From positions 3,032-67,031 of the forward strand of contig JAAYVF010000107.1 of the NCBI GenBank assembly GCA_012517325.1: a stretch of DNA of 64,000 bases, written 5' to 3'. Below the pieces are notes generated by a model. It ran no database searches. It was given only the letters and a program-made list of their open reading frames with translations, and was not told the DNA's origin. How positions within the stretch are numbered: position 1 is the first letter of the stretch; each line of letters opens with the position of its first letter. The stretch comes from Myxococcales bacterium (GTDB lineage: Bacteria; Lernaellota; Lernaellaia; Lernaellales; Lernaellaceae). Below are positions 1 to 6,675 of this stretch, in pieces. The position numbers and the translations under genes were made by a program.

Positions 1-142
1 AGCGCCAGCAGGCGGCGGGCCGGCAGGCCGGGCGCGCGATAAACGAACGCGGCCGGCACCCGGCCGGCCGCGTAGATCGGCAACCAAAAAACGACCGCCC
101 AGGCCGCGTATTCCATTACGGTCTTTAACGTGTCGAGCGATC
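1..142 (-). CDS. N-terminal fragment of a putative membrane protein; the gene runs off the window start
   Basis: An ATG (rc of cat at 140-142) opens a minus-strand frame reading MGSGSLDTLKTVMEYAAWAVVFWLPIYAAG..., which looks like a hydrophobic helix. It is truncated by the window edge and has no clear SD. Confidence 0.3.
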
Positions 143-170
143 CGCTGCCCATTTTCACCGCATTGGTTAA

Positions 171-740
171 TTACCCCGCGGTCGATGGTTGATGGACGCG
201 CAATGCCGCCGCTTCTCGGAATCCGATCGCCAGGGCTTTCAGGTTGAGATCCTCGGTGCCCTTGGGAACGCGGGCCAGCACCGCCCGTTCGAGCGCGTTG
301 CGGCTGACGCAATCGGTCAGGCCGGCGATCGCGCCGAGCGAAACGATGTTGGCGACGAACACCTTGCCCGCTTCCTCGCGCGCCAGCTTGGTGAACGCGA
401 TGCGGTTGATCTGGTATTCGCCGGCCGGCGGCTCCGGGCACAAATCCGTATCGATGATCATCACGCCGTTTTTTTTCAGATCGTCGCTGTACTGGCCCAG
501 ACTCTTCTGGTTCAGGCACAGCAAAATGTCGAGTTGCTCGCACTTGGGAAAGTCGATTTCCTCGTCGCTGATGATGACTTCGCTCTTCGAGGCGCCGCCG
601 CGCGCTTCCGGCCCGTAGCTTTGCGTGTTCACGGCGTTCTTGTTGTCGAACAGAATGGCGGCTTCGGCCAGGATGATGCCCGCCAGTACGAGGCCCTGGC
701 CGCCGCTGCCCGCCAGCCGGATTTCCAGTCGCTTGCTCAT
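171..740 (-). CDS. korC: 2-oxoacid:ferredoxin oxidoreductase, gamma subunit
   Basis: The 189-aa ORF (MSKRLEIRLAGSGGQGLVLAG...) shows the GGQG motif typical of Por/Kor/Vor gamma subunits. It is the last gene of a delta-alpha-beta-gamma operon on the minus strand. Confidence 0.8.
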   Translation of the reverse strand: MSKRLEIRLAGSGGQGLVLAGIILAEAAILFDNKNAVNTQSYGPEARGGASKSEVIISDEEIDFPKCEQLDILLCLNQKSLGQYSDDLKKNGVMIIDTDLCPEPPAGEYQINRIAFTKLAREEAGKVFVANIVSLGAIAGLTDCVSRNALERAVLARVPKGTEDLNLKALAIGFREAAALRVHQPSTAG

Positions 741-743
741 CGG

Positions 744-1559
744 TTAGTCCTCCATCGCCAGCCGCGCCGTGCGGTGCAGTTCCTCGACGAACTCGTGGCG
801 CTGGGTGTTCAGGAAAATGCCGAGTGGAATCTTGTCCTTCACGTCGTCCAGGCTGAGGTTGTCGACGGCGTCGATCATCACGCAGTGGTCTTTCCAGAAT
901 TTCATCATTTCGACGGGACCGCGGAATTTGTTGCGCCGGCCGTACGCCGTCGGGCAGTCCTCGAGCACCTCGATGACCGAAAAGCCCTTGTGGCGGATGC
1001 CTTCGGTGATGGCCTTTTCCAGCAGCTTGACGTGGTAGGTCGTCGCCCGCGCGACGAACGTGGCGCCGGCCGCCTCGGCCAGCTTCACGAAGTCGAAGTT
1101 GTGGCTCAGGTTGCCGTAGGGCGCGGTGCTCGCGTTGGCGCCGAAGGGCGTCGTCGGGCTCACCTGGCCGCCGGTCATGCCGTAGATCGAGTTGTTGAAG
1201 ATGATCAGCGTCATGTCGATGTTGCGGCGGCAGGTATGGATGAAGTGGTTGCCGCCGATCGCCACCGCGTCGCCGTCGCCGGCGGTGATGATGACGTTGA
1301 GCTGCGGTTTGACGACCTTCATGCCGATGGCGAAGGGCAGGGCGCGGCCGTGTGTCGTGTGCAGGGTGTTGAAGTCGGCATAACCGGGCAGCCGGCTCGC
1401 GCAACCGATGCCCGACACCAGAGCGACGTCGTCCTTGGGCAGTTTCAGGGTATCGATCGACCGCAACAAGGCTTTGAAAATAATGCCGTGGCCGCAGCCC
1501 GGGCACCAGATATGCGGCAGGTTTTCGACCCGCAGGTACTGTTCGTAATCAAACGCCAT
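744..1559 (-). CDS. korB: 2-oxoacid:ferredoxin oxidoreductase, beta subunit (TPP-binding)
   Basis: The 271-aa ORF carries the CPGCGHG Cys motif and the GDGD...N TPP-binding motif. It overlaps the alpha gene by 11 nt. Confidence 0.85.
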   Translation of the reverse strand: MAFDYEQYLRVENLPHIWCPGCGHGIIFKALLRSIDTLKLPKDDVALVSGIGCASRLPGYADFNTLHTTHGRALPFAIGMKVVKPQLNVIITAGDGDAVAIGGNHFIHTCRRNIDMTLIIFNNSIYGMTGGQVSPTTPFGANASTAPYGNLSHNFDFVKLAEAAGATFVARATTYHVKLLEKAITEGIRHKGFSVIEVLEDCPTAYGRRNKFRGPVEMMKFWKDHCVMIDAVDNLSLDDVKDKIPLGIFLNTQRHEFVEELHRTARLAMED

Positions 1560-2712
1560 TTCCCGTCTCCCGCAGCGCGCGCATGATCTGGCGCGGATTG
1601 ATGATTTCGGTATCGAGCCGCTGCAACCCTTCGACGGCGCAGTGTTTGCCGGCGATGCGCTCCACCTCGAGCACCAACTGGCCCGCGTTCATTTCCGGCA
1701 CCAGAATCCGTTTCATGCCGGGCCGCCTGGCCAGCTTTTCGACCGCCTGGGCCGGAAACGGCCAGATCGTCTTCGGGCGGAACAAGCCGACCTTCCGGTC
1801 GCGCTTGCGCAACCGCTTGACCGCTTCCATCGCGCTACGCGCCACCGCGCCGCAGGCGATGATCACCTCCTCGGCGTCCTCCAGGAAGCGGCCTTCCCAT
1901 TTGACGATGTCGTTGTAATTGCGGTCGATCTTGCGCAGCAGCCGCCGCGTCTCGCTTTCGATCACCGCCGGGTCGTTGGTCGGGAAACCCGTTCGATCGT
2001 GGAACAGGCCGGTGACGTGAAAACGGTAGCCTTCGCCGTAGGGCGCCATGGTCGGCACGTCGGAGCCGCCGCCCTGGTAGGGGTAGTAATCCTTCGGGGC
2101 GCGGCGCGGTTTGCGGCGGTTGTAGACGCTGACCGTGCCGGGATTGGGCAGGAACATGCGTTCGCGCATGTGGCCGACGATTTCGTCGGAAAGCAGAATC
2201 ACCGGGGTGCGGTAACGTTCGGCCAGGTTGAAGGCGCGAATGGTTTCCCAGAAAGATTCCTCGACGCTGTAGGGGTACAACACGACGATCGGGTGGTCGC
2301 CGTGGGTGCCCCACCGCGCCTGCATGATATCGCCCTGCATCGGCCTGGTCGGCATGCCGGTGCTGGGTCCGGCGCGCTGGACGTTGACGACGACGCAGGG
2401 GATCTCGGCGATGCAGCCGTAACCGATGTTTTCCTGTTTCAGGCTGAAACCCGGGCCGGACGTGGCCGTCATCGCCTTGGCGCCGGTCAGGCTGGCGCCG
2501 AGCACCGCCGCCATCGAGGCGATTTCATCTTCCAGTTGCAGGAAAAAGCCGCCGACCTGCGGCAAGCGTTCGGACAGCACCTCCGCGACTTCCGTCGAGG
2601 GAGTGATCGGGTAACCGGCGAAGAAGCTGCAACCGGCGTACAGCGCCGCCTCGGCGATGGCCTCGTTGCCGCTCATCAGGCGCAGACCGCTTTTGAATTT
2701 GGGACCCGGCAT
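1549..2712 (-). CDS. korA: 2-oxoacid:ferredoxin oxidoreductase, alpha subunit
   Basis: The track ORF 1549..2880 has an Arg-rich spurious N-terminus; I chose the internal ATG (rc cat 2710-2712) giving MPGPKFKSGLRLMSGNEAIAEAALYAGC..., a typical alpha-subunit N-terminus. The delta gene stop lies 3 nt upstream. Confidence 0.85.
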   Translation of the reverse strand: MPGPKFKSGLRLMSGNEAIAEAALYAGCSFFAGYPITPSTEVAEVLSERLPQVGGFFLQLEDEIASMAAVLGASLTGAKAMTATSGPGFSLKQENIGYGCIAEIPCVVVNVQRAGPSTGMPTRPMQGDIMQARWGTHGDHPIVVLYPYSVEESFWETIRAFNLAERYRTPVILLSDEIVGHMRERMFLPNPGTVSVYNRRKPRRAPKDYYPYQGGGSDVPTMAPYGEGYRFHVTGLFHDRTGFPTNDPAVIESETRRLLRKIDRNYNDIVKWEGRFLEDAEEVIIACGAVARSAMEAVKRLRKRDRKVGLFRPKTIWPFPAQAVEKLARRPGMKRILVPEMNAGQLVLEVERIAGKHCAVEGLQRLDTEIINPRQIMRALRETGNGV

Positions 2713-2714
2713 GG

Positions 2715-2969
2715 CTAATCCTCCTCCGCCGGGAAGACGGCGATGGCGAAATCGGGGCAACGCAATTCGCAAAAGTAGCAGGTCGTGCATTTTTCCAGGT
2801 GGACCACGACGGCTTTGCCTTCCTTCATGGCCAGCACCTGGGTCGGGCAGAAAGCCACACAAATGCTGCAGCCTTTGCAAAAAGCGTTTTTAATCTCGAT
2901 CCGTGGCGGTTTTCTTTTCTTTTTCGGCTTTTCGGTCTTGTTTTCCACCGGGGGTGTAGTCATCGGCAT
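2715..2969 (-). CDS. korD: 2-oxoacid:ferredoxin oxidoreductase, delta subunit (2x[4Fe-4S] ferredoxin)
   Basis: Two CxxCxxCxxxCP motifs are present (CKGCSICVAFCP, CTTCYFCELRCP). I chose the start MPMTTPPVENK (rc cat 2967-2969) because GAGGA/AAGGA lies upstream; the longer 3053 start would add an Arg-rich extension. Confidence 0.7.
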   Translation of the reverse strand: MPMTTPPVENKTEKPKKKRKPPRIEIKNAFCKGCSICVAFCPTQVLAMKEGKAVVVHLEKCTTCYFCELRCPDFAIAVFPAEED

Positions 2970-3356
2970 TGTCCTTTGTCCTCGATTTCTCGCTTTCCCG
3001 TGACCCCGGTTGGCGGTCAGCCGCTGCGCGCCCTCCGTGGGCCGGAACGGCATCGGCGTAATTCATCGGAGTCGGGAAAGGTTGATTTTGTAGCCAGCTC
3101 GCTTGGTGGCGATCCGGTGCTTATCGTTACGAACACGGGCACCCGCCGTGGCCGGGCCACGGAAGGAATACGGATAACCTTGACGACCTTCACTCTTCAA
3201 ACACACCACAATCGCCGTTTTTTCGAGGCGTCATTCCGGGCGTCATTGTACCCGCCAATCCCCGGTTTGCAACCCCGCGCGGGGACCGGCGGGGTCGTTA
3301 AGTTGACAGCGACTCCGATAAGGTTGTAGTTTGCACGGCACACTCGAGGATGAGCC

Positions 3357-3830
3357 GTGAAACGCGAAACGACGATCTGGTTGCTGTTGACGGTGGCGGC
3401 GATGGCCGGCGGCATCGTGCTGGCCTGCGCCGGCGACACGGGAGGCAAGGAAGGGCCGGTCTATTGCCTGCTGCCCCTGCAAGCCTGGATGGACGAATGC
3501 GGCTTCTCGGTGAAAATGGACGGCGTCAACGAGATGACCCTCGATGAGGCCTACGATTCCTGCAAACACGGCTACGGCAAGGTCTGGCAATACTTCCTGC
3601 ACTGCTACCACGAGGTCTTCCTGAAAGAGGGGCGGGATTGCGAAGCGTTCGCCGAATGCGCCCCCGATCACGGGTTGCCGACCGATGACGACACGGCCGA
3701 CGACGATTCCTCGCCGGTCGACGACGACACCACACCGGTTGACGACGACACCACGCCGGCCGACGACGACACGACGCCGGCCGATGACGACACCACGCCG
3801 GCCGACGACGACACTTCTCCGACCGATTGA
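3357..3830 (+). CDS. small lipoprotein with C-terminal (DDDTTPA)n acidic Thr-Pro repeat tail
   Basis: A GTG start with GAGGA 9 nt upstream opens MKRETTIWLLLTVAAMAGGIVLAC, where LAC fits a lipobox. A Cys-containing ~90-aa domain is followed by DDDSSPVDDDTTPVDDDTTPADDDTTPADDDTTPADDDTSPTD. Confidence 0.6.
   Translation: MKRETTIWLLLTVAAMAGGIVLACAGDTGGKEGPVYCLLPLQAWMDECGFSVKMDGVNEMTLDEAYDSCKHGYGKVWQYFLHCYHEVFLKEGRDCEAFAECAPDHGLPTDDDTADDDSSPVDDDTTPVDDDTTPADDDTTPADDDTTPADDDTSPTD
3692..3827 (+). repeat. tandem ~24-nt coding repeats (gacgacgacaccacgccggccgac, ~4-5 copies) encoding DDDTTPA units
   Basis: Direct reading of 3683-3827: near-identical 24-nt units repeated in frame inside CDS 3357..3830. 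Confidence 0.7.
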
Positions 3831-3900
3831 AGATCAGCCGCCCCGAGCGGTAGACTGCCGGTGATCGTCGAACTGACGGCAACCTCGGCAAGGAGCGGGA

Positions 3901-5571
3901 TTGTTGTACGCGAGCGGGACGGAAACCGACGTTCCACGAAAAGCGATTTACCTCGCGGCGCTGGCGGTTTTCGCCGCCGCGTTCCTGATTTATCTCCCCA
4001 AACTGGCTAATCCGTTCACTTTTGACGATCGCTTGTTCATCCAGACCGATCCGAATCTGCGCGACTGGTCGGCCGCGCTGGGCGAGTTCGGGCGCGATCA
4101 GGCATCGCTGTACCGGCCCCTCCGATCGTTGGTTCTGGCCGGGCTGATTCGTCTGTCCGGCGTGGAAAACCCGGTTCCGTTCCATTTGACCGGCATGCTG
4201 TTGCACGCGGTCGTTTCGGCGTGCGTCGTGTTGATTGTCTGGTTGCTGACCGGGCGGCTCGCGGCCGCGCTGCTGGCCGGTTTGTTGTTCGCCTGGCATC
4301 CCGTTCATTCGGACCGCGTCGCCTTCATCACCGCCGGATTCGATCTGCTGGGCCCGGCCTTCGGCTACGCGGCCTGGGCGCTGGCGTTGGCGTACGACCG
4401 CGGCGGCCGCCGCATTCACCTGTGGGCGACCGGCCTGCTGCTGGCGATCGGCTGTTTCGGCGGCGAGGAAGCGGTGATGACCTGGCCGCTGGTCGGCGGC
4501 AGCCTGTTCTTGTTCCGGGGCGACCGCCGCCGGCGGATCGTCTTGCTCGCGGTGCTTGGCGCGGCCGTGGTTTTTTATCTGGCGGCGCGCACGATGGTGC
4601 TGGGCAGCATCGGCCGGACGCCTGATTATGCCGCAGGTAGTCTTGGCAACTCCGTTTTGTCGATGGCGGTGATTTTCTGGCGGTACATCGGGTTGACGTT
4701 CTGGCCGATCGGTCTCTCGCCGGCTTACGGGCCGACAGTTTATACGCACCTGAATTTGGCTTCGCTGGCGGGTCTGCTCGGCATCGCCGGTTTGCCGGTC
4801 CTGGCGATTGTCGGCCGCAAGCGGTCGCCGGGGCTGGCGCTGGGGATCGGTTGGTTTTTAATCGCGCTGTTTCCGTACAGCAATCTTTTGCCCGCCGATA
4901 CTTTGATGGACGAGCGATACCTCTATTCGGCGCTGGGCGGTTTCGCCGCGGCTGCCGGTCTGGCGCTGGCCTGGATGGGCGGCCAAAGAAAAGGCGCGTG
5001 GCTGGTTGTCGCCTGCCTGCTGGCGGTTTACGGCGCGAATACGGTTGCTCGCTGCCGGGTCTGGGAGCGGCCGTTGACCTTATGGACCCAGGCGGTGACG
5101 CGCGAGCCGAACAGCTTTCTGGCGAACCTCAACGCGGCTTATCATCTGCTGGCGGCGGGGGAAACGGCGGCCGGCGAGCGCTACGCCAGGCGCGCCCATG
5201 AGTTGAACCCGCGCCGCACCGAGCCGCTGTTGCAATTGGCCGATCCGGCGTTTGCCCGCGGCGACGACGCGGCCGGCGTGAATTTGCTGGAACAAGCCGT
5301 CGCCGCCGAGCCGCAATCCGTCGCGGCGCTGAGCGCGCTGGCGCAAGCCTATGTTAAAACCGGACGATTGCCCGAGGCGGCGCGCCTGGCCGAGCAGGCG
5401 CTCGCCGGCGACCGCCGCGATACCCGGGCGCATTACGTGTTGGCCTACCTGGCGGTGACGGCCGGGCGGTGCGACCTGGCGGCCCCGCATTGGCAGGCGG
5501 TTCTTTCCGCCGTTCCGCAAGCGCGGGAATACGAGGCGGCTCGGCAATTGCAGGAGCATTGTTCGCCGTGA
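3901..5571 (+). CDS. TPR-repeat membrane glycosyltransferase, GT-C fold (TMTC/PMT-like, DUF1736 motif)
   Basis: A TTG start with AAGGAG 7 nt upstream opens a multi-TM N-terminal half carrying the PFTFDDRLFIQTD motif (the same FxFDD motif appears in the paralog at 6676..9042) and a C-terminal TPR-like Ala/Leu-rich half. Family assignment is from motif memory. Confidence 0.65.
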   Translation: MLYASGTETDVPRKAIYLAALAVFAAAFLIYLPKLANPFTFDDRLFIQTDPNLRDWSAALGEFGRDQASLYRPLRSLVLAGLIRLSGVENPVPFHLTGMLLHAVVSACVVLIVWLLTGRLAAALLAGLLFAWHPVHSDRVAFITAGFDLLGPAFGYAAWALALAYDRGGRRIHLWATGLLLAIGCFGGEEAVMTWPLVGGSLFLFRGDRRRRIVLLAVLGAAVVFYLAARTMVLGSIGRTPDYAAGSLGNSVLSMAVIFWRYIGLTFWPIGLSPAYGPTVYTHLNLASLAGLLGIAGLPVLAIVGRKRSPGLALGIGWFLIALFPYSNLLPADTLMDERYLYSALGGFAAAAGLALAWMGGQRKGAWLVVACLLAVYGANTVARCRVWERPLTLWTQAVTREPNSFLANLNAAYHLLAAGETAAGERYARRAHELNPRRTEPLLQLADPAFARGDDAAGVNLLEQAVAAEPQSVAALSALAQAYVKTGRLPEAARLAEQALAGDRRDTRAHYVLAYLAVTAGRCDLAAPHWQAVLSAVPQAREYEAARQLQEHCSP

Positions 5572-5723
5572 AGTGACCTGACAGTTCTTGGATCGCTCTC
5601 GAGTAAAACAGAAGGTGATCTCTCCGCACGAATGCGCTCAGCCGCGATAACGGGGTAAAAACCGGTTTGCCGGCGTTGAAGATTTGATCTTCGCGTTTTC
5701 AGAACGGGCTATTTACGCGGGCA

Positions 5724-5757
5724 TTAAAAAGAAAACCCCGTGGTTGCCCACGGGGTT
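5724..5757 (-). terminator. Rho-independent terminator for the minus-strand gene 5781..6380
   Basis: The plus strand shows aaccccgtgg-ttgc-ccacggggtt preceded by ttaaaaagaaaa. On the minus transcript this gives a 10-bp GC stem followed by UUUUCUUUUU. Confidence 0.75.
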
Positions 5758-5780
5758 CTCAGCGTCTTTGCTACACGAAA

Positions 5781-6380
5781 CTAGCAGCCGCAGCCGCCGG
5801 AATCGTTGTCATCATCATCATCATCGCCAACCGTGTCGTCGTCCGGCGGGGTGACGTCGTCGTCAGTACCACCGAAGTACCAGACACCAGACACAAACGT
5901 GGCGCCAGCGTCGTCGCCGGTCAGCAACCAGGCGAAGCCGTCGGTAGCCGCATCGTCAGTCGTCGCCATGAACGAGAAGGTCAGCATGTCGCCTTCCGCG
6001 ATATCGCCGATTTCAGCCGACGACATGGCGCCCGTACCAGACGATTCCCAACTGATCGTGCCGGTGGTCTCGTCGAACTCGACGGTCCATTCCATATCAC
6101 TATGAATGGCATCGGGAGCCGCGTAGGTACCCATCACGTAGTTGGTGTTCGGCAGAGTGATGTCCACCTTTTTAATGGCAACATCGCCACCAGAGGTGTT
6201 GAAAACGTCGAACGCGAATTCATAGTCGGTGCCCGCAACCAGCGCGACCGAAGATTCGCCGTTCGCCGTACCGGTCAGGCCGAAGACTTCCGTAGCGTCA
6301 TCATCTTGGGCCATGACCATCCCCGACATAGCAAAGACAGCAGCCATCATCAAAGCGATCAACAGGAACTTCTTGAACAC
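5781..6380 (-). CDS. secreted protein with C-terminal Asp-rich linker ending in GCGC-COOH
   Basis: I prefer the GTG at 6378-6380 because AGGAGG lies 6 nt upstream; it gives MFKKFLLIALMMAAVFAMSGMVMA|QDDD, a textbook Sec signal peptide. The C-terminus is ...GGTDDDVTPPDDDTVGDDDDDDNDSGGCGC*. GC content is lower than the flanking DNA. Confidence 0.65.
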   Translation of the reverse strand: MFKKFLLIALMMAAVFAMSGMVMAQDDDATEVFGLTGTANGESSVALVAGTDYEFAFDVFNTSGGDVAIKKVDITLPNTNYVMGTYAAPDAIHSDMEWTVEFDETTGTISWESSGTGAMSSAEIGDIAEGDMLTFSFMATTDDAATDGFAWLLTGDDAGATFVSGVWYFGGTDDDVTPPDDDTVGDDDDDDNDSGGCGC

Positions 6381-6675
6381 GTTATCCCTCCTTTCCTCCA
6401 CTTTCCTCGGTTTTATTCTGACTCATTTCATTTCTGACCAAGGTAAGTGCTTGAACTCCGATGACTGTAGTAGTCATCACCTCCTTCTTGTTAAACTTTT
6501 CATAGCCTGCAAACGTTACCGCTCTCGCCGATACAATAATATCGACGTGATACCGCTTGATTTGTTATCTAACACGGTTTCCCCATTAAAATCAACTAAA
6601 AAAATGAGCCGGTAAGTGCTTGAAATGTGTTTTCAATAGTTAACCGTCTCAGTTGATATTATGACCCTACAGTAA

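Noticed and set aside
189-1586. 465-aa plus-strand ORF spanning the kor gamma and beta genes
   Set aside because: It is antisense to two well-supported genes. The sequence is Arg/Ala/Gly-rich and low-complexity, as expected for GC-rich antisense frames, and it has no motifs.
3243-3671. Minus-strand 142-aa ORF overlapping the 3357 lipoprotein gene
   Set aside because: It is antisense to a gene with a clear SD, lipobox and repeat structure, and has no motifs.
5781-5795. C-terminal -GCGC interpreted as a CaaX/Rab-type (xCxC) prenylation motif
   Set aside because: The proteins carry Sec signal peptides and are exported. Prenylation of xCxC termini is a eukaryotic cytosolic process, so the resemblance is coincidental.
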